Assembly (NCBI GenBank): GCA_963796925.1 | Contig: CAWCNH010000002.1 | Location: 339,462 to 403,461 of the forward strand | Reading direction: 5' to 3' | Length of the DNA: 64,000 nucleotides | DNA from: an uncultured Acidobacteriota bacterium | GTDB lineage: Bacteria; Acidobacteriota; Terriglobia; Terriglobales; Acidobacteriaceae | Shown: positions 1 to 9,985 of the stretch, piece by piece | Layout: each line of letters opens with the position of its first letter | Position numbering within the stretch: the first letter of the stretch is position 1 | Notes under the pieces: generated by a model | Databases searched by the model: none | Told to the model about the DNA's origin: nothing | Seen by the model: only the letters and a program-made list of their open reading frames with translations | Translations under genes and position numbers: made by a program

Positions 1-167
1 CCGATCTTGAGGGCGTGGCAGTAGGCGATGAAGTAGTTCTGCTCGGTTCGATCGACGGGTTGAGTGTCGATGCGCGGGAGCACGCTGCCTTGTCCGACAC
101 GGTGCTCTATGAAATCCTCTGCGGGATTTCCAAGCGCGTACCGCGGCGGCACGCGGCCCATTCCTAA
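1..167 (+). CDS. alr: alanine racemase, C-terminal fragment (gene starts upstream of the window)
   Basis: Frame 3 reads [54 protein letters not shown], then TAA at 165-167. The GDEVVLLG...YEILC.I.KRVPR pattern is the conserved alanine racemase C-terminus. It is absent from the ORF track because the window edge truncates it. Confidence 0.7.
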   Translation, partial: DLEGVAVGDEVVLLGSIDGLSVDAREHAALSDTVLYEILCGISKRVPRRHAAHS

Positions 168-307
168 AAAACAATGTGGGACGGATACTCTTGTCCGGTA
201 GGCGGACACCAAGACACATTCCCAAAAAGCAGCCATAACCAAGTCCGTTACGCTTCCCAGTGGACCAGAGTGTCCGCTCTACATCGCGATATAATGACGC
301 ACACCCC

Positions 308-3007
308 ATGCCCCTCGCCCCAGGCACCAAACTTGGTCCTTATGAAATCCAAACTCCGCTCGGGGCGGGCGGTATGGGGGAGGTTTATCGTGCCCGCGAT
401 ACGCGGCTTGATCGCACCGTGGCAATCAAGATTCTGCCCTCGCACCTTTCTACAAGCCCGGAAGCAAAGCAGCGTTTTGAACGCGAAGCGCGGGTTATTT
501 CGTCCTTGAATCACTCCAACATCTGCACTCTGCATGATGTCGGCGATCAGGATGGAATTTCGTACTTAGTGATGGAGTACGTTCAGGGCGATACGCTGGA
601 GTCGCGCCTGCAAAAAGGTCCGCTACCGCTAAAGCAAGCGCTAGAGTGCGGTATGCAGATTTGCGACGCTCTGGAAAGAGCACACCGCGCCGGCATTGTT
701 CACCGCGATCTGAAGCCGGCGAATATTATGCTGACGCCATTCGGCGCCAAGCTACTCGACTTCGGACTGGCAAAGCCGGCGGGGATAATCACTCCCACGT
801 CCTCGCACCTCACTCCGTCGAGTCCCACCATGCACATGACGGCGCCGGCTGCGCCCATAGGGACCTTGACCCAGCAGGGAAGCATTGTGGGCACTTTTCA
901 ATACATGGCCCCAGAAGTATTGCAGGGCCAGGACGCGGATGCGCGCAGCGACATCTTCAGTTTTGGCGCGGTACTTTACGAAGCAGTTTCGGGCAAGCGC
1001 GCCTTTGAAGGAAAGAGCCAGATCTCGGTGGCGTCCGCAATTCTGGAGAAGGAACCCGAACCACTTTCTAAAGTGCAGCCAACTGCGCCGGCCGCGCTTG
1101 ATCACGTGATTGTTGAGTGCCTCGCCAAGGATCCGGAATCGCGCTGGCAGAGCGCGGCCGACATAGCCCGTGAGTTGCGATGGATCGCGAGCAGCGGTTC
1201 CAGCGTAACCAATGCGACGCCGGTTCGCCTGAGAAAAAGATGGCGCGAGCGCGCACTATGGGCCGGGCTCGCGGCCATTCTCCTGGCAGCGCTGCTGTGG
1301 TCGTTCCTGCGGGAGACAGCCCCGGTACGAACGCTGCGTTCTTACCTGCCACCTCCGCCGGAGATGAGCTATGACTTTCTCGGAGATTTTTCCGGCCCTC
1401 CGGCGATTACGCTCGATGGATCGGCGATTGCGTTCTGTGCCATCAGCCCCAAAGACCGGGCTTCGATATGGGTGCAATTCCTGGGAGAACTTTCCGCCAG
1501 AAAACTTGAAGACACTGAGGGTGCGTCGTTTCCCTTCTGGTCAGCCGACAACAAATTCATCGGCTTCTTTGCCGGTGGCCATCTTAAAAAAGTTGCGGCA
1601 ACTGGGGGACCGGTGACGGTACTCGCGGACACACCCAACCCGCGCGGCGGATCGTGGAACCGCGAAAACGTCATAATTTATGAGCCTGACTACCGCGACT
1701 CATTGTGGCGAGTGAACGCGAATGGCGAGGGCGCGGCCCGCCTGACGAAATTCAAAGCCGGCACGCATACCACCCACCGTTGGCCGGCCTTCCTTCCCGA
1801 CGGCAAACATTTTTTGTTCTTTGCCACTAGTCACTCCGGCGGCTCGGAGCACGGAATCTATATTGGGTCGCTTGACGATGGGTCGTACAAGCAGGTGCTC
1901 GAAACCGATTCTTCTGCGCAATATGCTTCCGGCTATTTGGTCTATCATGTGCAGCTGCAACTGCTGGCCCAGAAGTTCGATCCGTCGACCGGCGCGCTTT
2001 CCGGCGACCCGGTCACTGTTTCGGACCAGGTGCAATACGATGCCGGGACCTGGCACACCAGTTTTGCCGTGAGTCAAAATGGCGTTCTCATCTATGAGCC
2101 GGGATCCAAAGCACAGGGGTCCGATTTAACCTGGTTTGACCGCAGTGGCAAAGTCCTGGGGAAGGTAGGAGATCGGGCGTTCTATAAGGGTAGTGGCAGA
2201 ATTTCTCCCGATGGCAAACGGCTCGCCCTCTCCGTGGGCGAACCGCAAGCCGACATTTGGGTTTATGACCTGGCTCGCGGCTCGCGCACGCGCCTGACAT
2301 TCGGCGGAGGCACCTACCTGATGCCGGCGTGGTCGGCGGACGGACAAAAGGTAGTGTATGTAAAGCAAATTGGCGTCACCCCAATGTCTGGAACTTCTCT
2401 GCGGATGCGAATGGCCAACGGCGATGGACAGGAAGAAGTATTGCTCGAGGGATCTGCTACCTCATCCCTGTCGCCGCAATTGACGCCGGATGGTAAATCC
2501 TTACTTCACCTCGAACAAGATGGCCCCAACCCACACCTCGCCGTACTCTCATTGACTGGGGACAAAAAGTCGTTTCAAATCGCGCAGGCGCGGTCTGACC
2601 AGGGAAGATTTTTTGAATTCCGTCTTTCTTCCGATGGGAGATGGCTGGCTTACAGCTCCAACGACTCGGGAACCGAGGAAATTTACGTCACTCGCTTTCC
2701 CAGCGGGCAAGGCAGATGGCAGGTTTCGCAAGGCGGAGGCGGTTATCCCAGCTGGCGGGCCGACGGCAATGAAATTTTCTTCTATGGCCTGGATGGTCAC
2801 TTGCACGTGGCCTCGGTGAACTCGAAGGGTGAAGAATTTTCAGTAAGCGCCCCCAAAATCCTTTTTCCGGTGGGATTTTCGTCGCCCGTGGGGACCCCCT
2901 ACGACGTCAGCCCAGATGGCCAGCGCTTTATCTTTGGGACTTTCCCCGATGCGGTTTCCACACCGCTTGTGCTGGTGACGAACTGGGCGGCGGAGTTGAA
3001 GAAGTAG
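308..3007 (+). CDS. Ser/Thr protein kinase with a transmembrane segment and C-terminal TolB-like (PD40/WD40-like) beta-propeller
   Basis: Kinase motifs are present: GAGGMGEVYRA, AIK, HRDLKPANIML, DFGLAK, GTFQYMAPE. A TM helix (ALWAGLAAILLAALLWSFL) follows. Repeated PD40-like SPDGK/TPDGK/SSDGRW/SPDGQR motifs come next. The ORF opens at GTG 260, but ATG 308 (MPLAPGTKLGPYEI) is the more typical start. Confidence 0.9.
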   Translation: MPLAPGTKLGPYEIQTPLGAGGMGEVYRARDTRLDRTVAIKILPSHLSTSPEAKQRFEREARVISSLNHSNICTLHDVGDQDGISYLVMEYVQGDTLESRLQKGPLPLKQALECGMQICDALERAHRAGIVHRDLKPANIMLTPFGAKLLDFGLAKPAGIITPTSSHLTPSSPTMHMTAPAAPIGTLTQQGSIVGTFQYMAPEVLQGQDADARSDIFSFGAVLYEAVSGKRAFEGKSQISVASAILEKEPEPLSKVQPTAPAALDHVIVECLAKDPESRWQSAADIARELRWIASSGSSVTNATPVRLRKRWRERALWAGLAAILLAALLWSFLRETAPVRTLRSYLPPPPEMSYDFLGDFSGPPAITLDGSAIAFCAISPKDRASIWVQFLGELSARKLEDTEGASFPFWSADNKFIGFFAGGHLKKVAATGGPVTVLADTPNPRGGSWNRENVIIYEPDYRDSLWRVNANGEGAARLTKFKAGTHTTHRWPAFLPDGKHFLFFATSHSGGSEHGIYIGSLDDGSYKQVLETDSSAQYASGYLVYHVQLQLLAQKFDPSTGALSGDPVTVSDQVQYDAGTWHTSFAVSQNGVLIYEPGSKAQGSDLTWFDRSGKVLGKVGDRAFYKGSGRISPDGKRLALSVGEPQADIWVYDLARGSRTRLTFGGGTYLMPAWSADGQKVVYVKQIGVTPMSGTSLRMRMANGDGQEEVLLEGSATSSLSPQLTPDGKSLLHLEQDGPNPHLAVLSLTGDKKSFQIAQARSDQGRFFEFRLSSDGRWLAYSSNDSGTEEIYVTRFPSGQGRWQVSQGGGGYPSWRADGNEIFFYGLDGHLHVASVNSKGEEFSVSAPKILFPVGFSSPVGTPYDVSPDGQRFIFGTFPDAVSTPLVLVTNWAAELKK

Positions 3008-3098
3008 AACAGCAGCCAATGGCTACTCGCCCTTCAACTCCAAGCGAGAAGAAGAACCAGGAATCGAAGCGTCCGCTAGGGAAGCGAAGAGACTACCA

Positions 3099-5459
3099 TC
3101 AAGAGTCAGAGCTGCCAGATACCGCAAGAAGGGCTCGCTTTTGTTCGCGACGACTCTTTGCTTCGTAAAACTTCAACATTTCGTCCAATTCAGCGAGCCG
3201 GATGGGTTTGGTAAGATGGCCATCCATTCCCGAAGCCAGATATTTTTCCCGGTCGCCTTTCATTGCATTGGCAGTCAACGCGACGATGGGGACATGCATC
3301 CCGCTGGGCTGTTCGCCCTGACGGATGCGGCGGGTGGCTTCTATTCCGTCCATTCCCGGCATTTGGATATCCATGAGTATCAGGTCGAAGTCTGTTTTCT
3401 GCATTGCCTGAAGCGCTTCCAGACCGTTGCTGGCCAGCTCTACTCGATGTCCACGTTTTTGCAGCAGCCTCAGCGCCAGCCTCTGATTTACCGCATTATC
3501 TTCCACCACCAGTACTCGTAGAAACTCTCCCGGCTCATGAGCGTCGTGCAAAGAGAACCTGGTAATCAAGGGGATGGCCCCTTCTTGTACAGTCGCGCCT
3601 ATTGCACGGGCTATAGCTTCGCGCAGTTCCGACTGGCGAATGGGCTTCAATAGATAAGCGGCGACTCCAAGTTCCTGACACCGCATGGCATCGCCCTGAT
3701 GGCCCGCGGAAGTGAGCATCACAATGGTTGCGGTGGACAATTCCGGACGTTCCCGAATGCGCTCAATAAATGCGAAGCCATCCATATCCGGCATATGCAT
3801 ATCCGTCAATATAAGTCGAAACCGTTCACCCGCCTGCTGGGCCGCTGACAACTGAAGCATTGCCAGCTCGGCGCCTTCCGCTAATGTGGGCAGCATTTCC
3901 CAGCGCTTCAACATGCCTTCGAGGATGCGGCGGTTGGTTTTGTTGTCGTCGACTACAAGAACTTTCACTCCGCGTAACAGTTCGGGCGGAGCGATGGACC
4001 CAATCCTGATCTCCCTGGTTGCGCTCACTCCAAACTGTGCCGTGAAAAAGAATTGCGTACCGCGGCCCACCTCACTTTCGACCCAAATCTTACCGCCCAT
4101 CATTTTTACCAACCGGGTGGAGATGGTGAGACCTAATCCGGTTCCCCCGTACCTTCTCGTGGTCGAGTTGTCGGCTTGCGAAAAGGGTTGGAAGATCAAG
4201 TCACATTTCTCGGGAGGAATTCCAATTCCGGTATCGGTGACCGTAAAACGAAGCATGCAGGTGTTGACTTCACTCTTTTCAACATCCACCTTCAGAGCGA
4301 CTTCACCTTCGTCCGAGAATTTTATGGCATTTCCTACCAGGTTGAGGATTATCTGTCGGAGCCGGTTGGCGTCCCCATTGGTGATCTCCGGAACATCCGG
4401 GCCTACTTCACACAGCAGTTCCAGACCTTTTTCGTCGCTCCGCACCGCCAACGTCTTCAGCGTTAGTTCCAAACAATCTCGGAGATTGAAATCCATTGGA
4501 TCGAGGTCAAACTTCCCCGCTTCAATCTTCGAAAAGTCCAGAATGTCGTTGATGACGGTCAGTAGCGAGTCGCCAGAAAGTTTTACAATCTCCAGGTACT
4601 CGCGCTGCTCAGGCGTAAGTTGGGTATCCAGGGCAAGGTCAGTCATGCCCATGACTCCATTTAAAGGTGTTCGGATTTCGTGGCTCATATTGGCCAGAAA
4701 TTCGCTCTTGGCTCGGCTGGCGGATTCAGCGGTAAATATCGCCTCCTGAAGCCCAGAATCACGCAGCTGAATCTGGTCAAGCATGTGGTTAAAGCCCAGA
4801 ATCAACTGGCCGACTTCGTCATCATTCTGCTTTTCTGCCCGTACCGAGTAATTTTTATCGACGGAAACCATTCTGGTGGTGTCGGCCAGTTTCCGAATAG
4901 GTTCTGTTATGGCACGTTGAAGATGTGAAGACAGCAGGAAGGCGGTAAACAATGATCCCAGCGAGGCAAGCGCCAGGACCGCCGCGAACCGGGCAATGCG
5001 TTGTTTGAGCTCTGAGAGGTCATATCGGATGTAGATGGTACCGATCTTTTCACCGTCGAGAACGATGCTCCGAAACACAGCTAGATCGCCATCTCCGAAA
5101 CGGCTTTGATCTTCCTTCGCAGGCAGGGAAGGGAATCGACTTGGAGTGGAATCGCGGAGGTAGGTTGCAAACACCCGCCCCGCACTGTCGTAGATGCATG
5201 CTTGGGAAATCTGCCGCTTGGAGCTTAGTGCCCTAAGAATCTGGCTGGCGGAATTCGCGTCAAGATAAGTGAGGGCCCCGGTGCTGTTGGAGCCGATAAC
5301 ATCTGCCAAAGTTGTAACATCCTGGACTTTTGCCTGACGATAAGTGTGATAGTCGAAGCTGATGATGGCTACCGATGCCATTAGTAGCGCCAGACTGCTC
5401 GCACTCAAGATAATAAAGGTTAACTTGCCACGAATTGAGAAAGCGCTGAATGCCCTCAT
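3099..5459 (-). CDS. hybrid sensor histidine kinase / response regulator (periplasmic sensor, HAMP, HisKA, HATPase, two receiver domains)
   Basis: Two TM segments flank a periplasmic region of about 140 aa. The H-box is [21 protein letters not shown]. ATPase motifs are [17 protein letters not shown] and [13 protein letters not shown]1 has [14 protein letters not shown]...DMHMPDMDG and REC2 has [13 protein letters not shown]...[10 protein letters not shown]...TANAM. Confidence 0.92.
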   Translation of the reverse strand: MRAFSAFSIRGKLTFIILSASSLALLMASVAIISFDYHTYRQAKVQDVTTLADVIGSNSTGALTYLDANSASQILRALSSKRQISQACIYDSAGRVFATYLRDSTPSRFPSLPAKEDQSRFGDGDLAVFRSIVLDGEKIGTIYIRYDLSELKQRIARFAAVLALASLGSLFTAFLLSSHLQRAITEPIRKLADTTRMVSVDKNYSVRAEKQNDDEVGQLILGFNHMLDQIQLRDSGLQEAIFTAESASRAKSEFLANMSHEIRTPLNGVMGMTDLALDTQLTPEQREYLEIVKLSGDSLLTVINDILDFSKIEAGKFDLDPMDFNLRDCLELTLKTLAVRSDEKGLELLCEVGPDVPEITNGDANRLRQIILNLVGNAIKFSDEGEVALKVDVEKSEVNTCMLRFTVTDTGIGIPPEKCDLIFQPFSQADNSTTRRYGGTGLGLTISTRLVKMMGGKIWVESEVGRGTQFFFTAQFGVSATREIRIGSIAPPELLRGVKVLVVDDNKTNRRILEGMLKRWEMLPTLAEGAELAMLQLSAAQQAGERFRLILTDMHMPDMDGFAFIERIRERPELSTATIVMLTSAGHQGDAMRCQELGVAAYLLKPIRQSELREAIARAIGATVQEGAIPLITRFSLHDAHEPGEFLRVLVVEDNAVNQRLALRLLQKRGHRVELASNGLEALQAMQKTDFDLILMDIQMPGMDGIEATRRIRQGEQPSGMHVPIVALTANAMKGDREKYLASGMDGHLTKPIRLAELDEMLKFYEAKSRREQKRALLAVSGSSDS

Positions 5460-5460
5460 C

Positions 5461-6093
5461 TCAACTCTTCCCCGCAGGCAGACTGCTGGTGACCAGCCGG
5501 GCCACCGCGATCACTTTCGCGCTGACTTTGAGTCGCGCTCGAGTGGCAGCCTCCAGATTGATTTGGAGGCGGACTCTGTTTCCTTCGATAAAGAAGTTTA
5601 TTACTCCTCCTAAACGGGCAAACTCATCAGTCTCTCCGACGCTCAACACGCTCGACCCTCGCAGGCCGTCCAGTATCCGAGGCAAATGTTTTTCTTCAGA
5701 GGCGCTAATAAAAAGGATGTTGCAGCCCTGTAAATTCTGATCCGCGACAAAATGCCGCACCAATACGGCTCTGCCGTTAACGGTCTTGCCGGCTACTGCC
5801 CGAGTGAGCAGGTCGCCAAAAGGATCTTCGCCAACGATTCCCAGCACAATGGGCGAAGTCGCGTCAGCAAAGGCATCGGGAGGCCATTCCACGAACTTGG
5901 TGAAATTGAACAAGAAGCCGGCTTTAATCTGAGTCTCGGTTAATGGAGCGGGAGCTTGTGCGTAAGCTGGCAAATTTAGGAATAGAAGCGCGAGGAACAG
6001 TTCTGGAAGCAGAGCAAAAGGGAAAATCCAGCTGCGTCGTTGTACATCGGTATGCGAATTGCTGAATATTCCCCAATTGATCAGAACCGCCAT
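5461..6093 (-). CDS. YfiR-family (DUF4154) periplasmic protein
   Basis: It has a signal peptide ([16 protein letters not shown]). The characteristic [16 protein letters not shown] motif follows. Size is about 200 aa. It is packed between the TBDR gene (13-nt overlap) and the kinase gene (1-nt gap). Confidence 0.8.
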   Translation of the reverse strand: MAVLINWGIFSNSHTDVQRRSWIFPFALLPELFLALLFLNLPAYAQAPAPLTETQIKAGFLFNFTKFVEWPPDAFADATSPIVLGIVGEDPFGDLLTRAVAGKTVNGRAVLVRHFVADQNLQGCNILFISASEEKHLPRILDGLRGSSVLSVGETDEFARLGGVINFFIEGNRVRLQINLEAATRARLKVSAKVIAVARLVTSSLPAGKS

Positions 6094-8225
6094 GTAACTT
6101 TCCCGTACGCGCTGCGTCCAATCTGACTCGCCTCCACCAGATCGCCAGAGCCAAATTCAAAGTGCCGCGGAGTAAGCAGATTTTGGGCGGCGACACTCAA
6201 CTCCCACGCCTTGCCGCTCTTCCATCCCAGGCGGGCGTCGACCCGCGTGTACGCCGGAATTTGAGGACCTATCAACTGGCCCACGTAATAAATCGCGCTA
6301 TCAAATTCAAAGTGATGCGGCAGATTCAAATTGGACCTGACCTGAAATTCGTGCCTCGGACTGCTACCTTCACTGTCTACAGTAGTAGAGGTATCCAGAC
6401 TGTTGGTCGCGTGCAAATGAATTTCAAAAAAGCTGTAACTAGAGCTCAAGGTCCAATTGTTTTGGACTTGCCATCTGCCAGAGAGTTCCAAGCCGTGAGT
6501 CTCTCCGCTGATGTTGCTGTGGGTCACGGCCGGCAGGACGAGATGAAGTGGCGCGGGGGTGTCTTCGAAAAAGGCAGCGGCGGGTTCGTGAGTATGCCGG
6601 TTCGTATAGTGGTTATAGAAGAGGGCGAGATCAAGGCTGAGACTCTTATTGATCTGAGTTCGCTCACCCACTTCGTAGGCCACTACATTCTCTGGCGGGA
6701 GATGATGAGTTCCGAAGTCGGACTCCAGATTGATGACGCCATTGCCGTCCACAAATGCGTCGTTGTTAACGCGAATGTCGGCGTCGAACCTCGACGAGTT
6801 TTCGGATGCTCGCGAAATCGCCGACCACACTGTGTTTTTTGGGGTAACGGTCCAAAGCAAACGGGCATTAGGCTGTAGCGCAAATCCGCTAAAAAAATTG
6901 TGCTCAAGTTTGGAACCCAGAATCAATTTTAGCCGGGCGGGGAGTAAGCTGATTTCGTCTTGAAGGAATGCTCCGTAGAGATTGGTGGCACGCTCGACGG
7001 GATCAAACGATATGTTCAAACTGCCAACTGTTCGGTCTGCGGTGCCGCGAAAGTCTCCTCCCCAGATGAGATCGTGACGGTGACCGGAGGCGAAGTGTTG
7101 TTCGAACTCGAGATCTACGGTGTGACGAAACTCCCCCAGAACCCCCAACTGACTGCGGTCGTTTACATCAACATAGCCTTGCGCGGTGGTATCGAGGCGG
7201 GTGGACGAAACACGGTGCCAGCGTGCCAGAAGGTTGCCTCCGCTGATATTGGTTCGATCGTTAAAACCTCCACTGGCAGGCGGCGACAATGAGAGTAACC
7301 CCTGTACCGTCTGACCCTCGTTTCCTTTATAAATTTCCCCTTGAACCGTGAGGTCGTCGCTCTGGGAGACTTGCAGATCAGTTCTAAAGCCCGCGTGAAC
7401 AAGGTCCCAGTTGTCTGCGGCCTCGTCCCCGGAAGCGGTGGTGAACTCATTACGATTCATGTATTTGGTGAAGATGCGATAGGTGCCCAGTGTGCCTACT
7501 TTGCCTCCGTAACGAACTCCACCCATCTCACCCTGGTTGCCTGCGGTGGCTGTAATCAGACCACCCTGAGTGTCACTGCTCTTCTTGGTAATGATGTTGA
7601 CCACCCCGTTTACGGCATTGGCGCCCCACAAGGTTGCTCCCGGACCTCGGATCACTTCGATGCGCTCGATATCCTCCAGCATCAAGTCCTGGATATCCCA
7701 ATAAACCCCAGAAGAAAGCGGCGTGTAGACTGCCCTTCCGTCGATCAGAACCAGCAGCTTGTCAGCGAAGCGTTCATTAAATCCGCGCGCGGTGATGGCC
7801 CACTTGTTCGCATCGATTTGTGCCACGTCAATGCCGGGCGCCATACGGAGCGCTTCTGGAATGCTGGTAACCCCGGAACGTCGAATATCCTCCTGCGTAA
7901 TGACGAACACGGCGGCCGCCGCCTCGAACAGACGTTCTTGTTTTCGCGAGACCGAGGTAATTTGGCTGTTGGCTAACGTATCGATGCTAAGTTCGCCCAC
8001 GTCGATTTGTGAGGCGGTCTGGGCTGCGGTAAGGTTCACCATGAGGCCCGCCATGAGACACAAAACAATGGATATTTTTCCGAAACAGCATGTAACGAAG
8101 TTTTGGCCTAATCGGTGCGATAACGCAGTCCGCTGAAAGGGCTGCGCACTGGTTTGGTTCGTGATGCGGGATCGTTGGCTGGTCAATTTGGCAGCTCCTG
8201 CAATATGCATCGGCAGGGAAACCAT
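6081..8225 (-). CDS. TonB-dependent receptor (plug + beta-barrel)
   Basis: Plug motifs are present: VFVITQEDIRRSGVTSIPEALRMAPGIDV, IDGRAVY, IERIEVIRGPGATLWGANAVNGVVNII. The barrel ends in the OMP-type terminal residues TWRF. The start is uncertain because the signal-like segment IVLCLMAGLMVNLTAAQTA lies about 45 aa into the ORF. Confidence 0.88.
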   Translation of the reverse strand: MVSLPMHIAGAAKLTSQRSRITNQTSAQPFQRTALSHRLGQNFVTCCFGKISIVLCLMAGLMVNLTAAQTASQIDVGELSIDTLANSQITSVSRKQERLFEAAAAVFVITQEDIRRSGVTSIPEALRMAPGIDVAQIDANKWAITARGFNERFADKLLVLIDGRAVYTPLSSGVYWDIQDLMLEDIERIEVIRGPGATLWGANAVNGVVNIITKKSSDTQGGLITATAGNQGEMGGVRYGGKVGTLGTYRIFTKYMNRNEFTTASGDEAADNWDLVHAGFRTDLQVSQSDDLTVQGEIYKGNEGQTVQGLLSLSPPASGGFNDRTNISGGNLLARWHRVSSTRLDTTAQGYVDVNDRSQLGVLGEFRHTVDLEFEQHFASGHRHDLIWGGDFRGTADRTVGSLNISFDPVERATNLYGAFLQDEISLLPARLKLILGSKLEHNFFSGFALQPNARLLWTVTPKNTVWSAISRASENSSRFDADIRVNNDAFVDGNGVINLESDFGTHHLPPENVVAYEVGERTQINKSLSLDLALFYNHYTNRHTHEPAAAFFEDTPAPLHLVLPAVTHSNISGETHGLELSGRWQVQNNWTLSSSYSFFEIHLHATNSLDTSTTVDSEGSSPRHEFQVRSNLNLPHHFEFDSAIYYVGQLIGPQIPAYTRVDARLGWKSGKAWELSVAAQNLLTPRHFEFGSGDLVEASQIGRSAYGKVTWRF

Positions 8226-8594
8226 GTTTCGCGAGGCCGGTTATAAACTAAAGCGTTCTCGGCGAGAGCAGGAATGCCAACCAGACGAAAATCACTCGTG
8301 GGGTAATCTTGCATTAGCATTTGTGAGAAACACTTTCATAAGGCGAGTGGCGTTTTTGTGGACGCTTTCAAGGTGATGCTGATTTGGAGTCAATAAAACG
8401 CTAAGTTTCGGCGTCGCGCTCGGCCCAGGAATCGCTCGCGGATAATGCCCCAATGATATTTTTAGAGTGACTCATCCGCTTTCAGGAAAATGTGCAGAAT
8501 GGCACAGCAAACCAATCGCCCTCGAATCCGAAGGTCATTGACCCGCGGTGGATGTGAAGGGATTTAAGGCGGATTAGGGTTGGACGCAAAGCGA

Positions 8595-9335
8595 ATGCTC
8601 ATCGAAATTGGACATGTGGAGGCACTCTTTCGGTATCCCGTGAAGTCCATGGGCGGGGAACGACTTGATGTCGCAAACCTGGGCTGGCACGGCCTCGATG
8701 GTGACAGACGCCTGGCATTCCGTCGGATAGATGATCGCAGCGGGTTTCCATGGCTAAGCGCAAGCAAGCTTCCCGACTTGCTCCTGTTTGCTCCGCGTCG
8801 CCCAGAAGACGGGGCTGAGGGAGACCTGCCTACGCACGTTCGCACGCCGGATGGTGAAGACTTGGCTGTTTTGGGCCACGACTTAGCCGCAGAGATCGGT
8901 CGCCGGTGCGGCTCTCCGGTGCAGATGATGCAGTTGAAACATGGCATCTTCGATGAAGCCAGCATCTCTGTGATCGCACTCGACACGGTGCGCGAGATCG
9001 CAAAGCTCGCAGGACAAACCCCGGATGTACGACGATTTCGCTCGAATATCGTAGTCCGGTTGTTGCAGTCGGGCCCCTTTCAGGAGGATGGGTGGGTAGG
9101 CGGTGTGCTCTCCTTCGGCGAAGGGGAAGAGGGCCCCGCCATCACCGTCACGATGCGTGACGTCCGCTGCTCGATGTTGAATCTGGATCCCGACTCGGCG
9201 ACTGTAGCGCCAGAGGTACTGAAGACGGTGGTTCGTGCGAACCAGAATCATGCCGGAGTCTACGGCACGGTCACTCGCTGCGGTCGATTGGCAGTGGGAC
9301 AGACCATTCGATTCCATTGTGGCGGCCGAAAATGA
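8595..9335 (+). CDS. MOSC domain-containing protein
   Basis: The N-terminal beta-barrel motif IGHVEALFRYPVKSMGGERL is followed by a MOSC-like C-terminal half. The ORF opens at TTG 8580. The first ATG is at 8595. Confidence 0.75.
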   Translation: MLIEIGHVEALFRYPVKSMGGERLDVANLGWHGLDGDRRLAFRRIDDRSGFPWLSASKLPDLLLFAPRRPEDGAEGDLPTHVRTPDGEDLAVLGHDLAAEIGRRCGSPVQMMQLKHGIFDEASISVIALDTVREIAKLAGQTPDVRRFRSNIVVRLLQSGPFQEDGWVGGVLSFGEGEEGPAITVTMRDVRCSMLNLDPDSATVAPEVLKTVVRANQNHAGVYGTVTRCGRLAVGQTIRFHCGGRK

Positions 9336-9985
9336 CGGAGCCAATACTCTGCGGTGCTCTGCCGAACGCGGAAACCGGCAGGCAAGATCAGCGCGGCATG
9401 AGGTGAATAATCTCGTATCTCGCAGCCTGGTAGAGCGTTGCAAGCAATAAAACCGCCGCAATCATCTCGAGGCTGTAAGTCTTTATTTTCGTGATCACGA
9501 TCTAGCTCCAATGTCTTTCGGTCAGAAATCTTAAGTTCGAATTTCTGCCTGACCCAAAGCTTTTCATGCTGTCGTGATGAGCGCCACTTCCCAAAGGGAA
9601 GTACTCGCGTAATAGCACTAGGGTGCTATTGCGGTATTTTTCCGTGGGTGTTCCTGAGAAGCCGGGCAGTAGCAGTTTTCCGGTCTAGGCCCGGATTAAC
9701 TGCGATCCGATTGAGTAACCGCAAGCAGGGGTGGTCTCGGGCCGAATTCAGTCCGACGCCGGGCGCTTGTTCGAACAACACTGCTAGTTGCGTTGAGGGA
9801 ATATTCCGTTTGAGCGCGATAAAGAAATTCAGCACCAGACAGGGCGGCATGTTGTCGTGGGGCTGGGATGGGTGCGAGGGGAAGAACCGCCGGATTCATG
9901 CGTGAACTTCGATGCTATCCCTCTCTTTTCCTTTCTTTGCTATCTTTTGTTGTGCGGTAAAAGCGCCTAAACTCATGAGGACCCC

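Noticed and set aside
1-161. A minus-strand partial ORF starting at ATG 159-161 ([17 protein letters not shown]...).
   Set aside because: The plus strand of the same bases encodes a clear alanine racemase C-terminus ending at TAA 165-167. The minus-strand reading has no recognisable family and its AGGA lies only 2 nt from the ATG.
8441-8460. A Fur-box-like sequence GATAATGCCCCAATGATATT upstream of the first TonB-dependent receptor operon.
   Set aside because: Only the first 7 nt and a short AATGATA stretch match the 19-bp Fur consensus GATAATGATAATCATTATC. The centre is CCCC and dyad symmetry is absent.
9388-9465. A 25-aa hydrophobic minus-strand mini-ORF (MIAAVLLLATLYQAARYEIIHLMPR) in the MOSC-downstream spacer.
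   Set aside because: It has no Shine-Dalgarno sequence and no resemblance to known small membrane proteins such as KdpF or CydX. It is too short to support without conservation or ribosome-profiling data.
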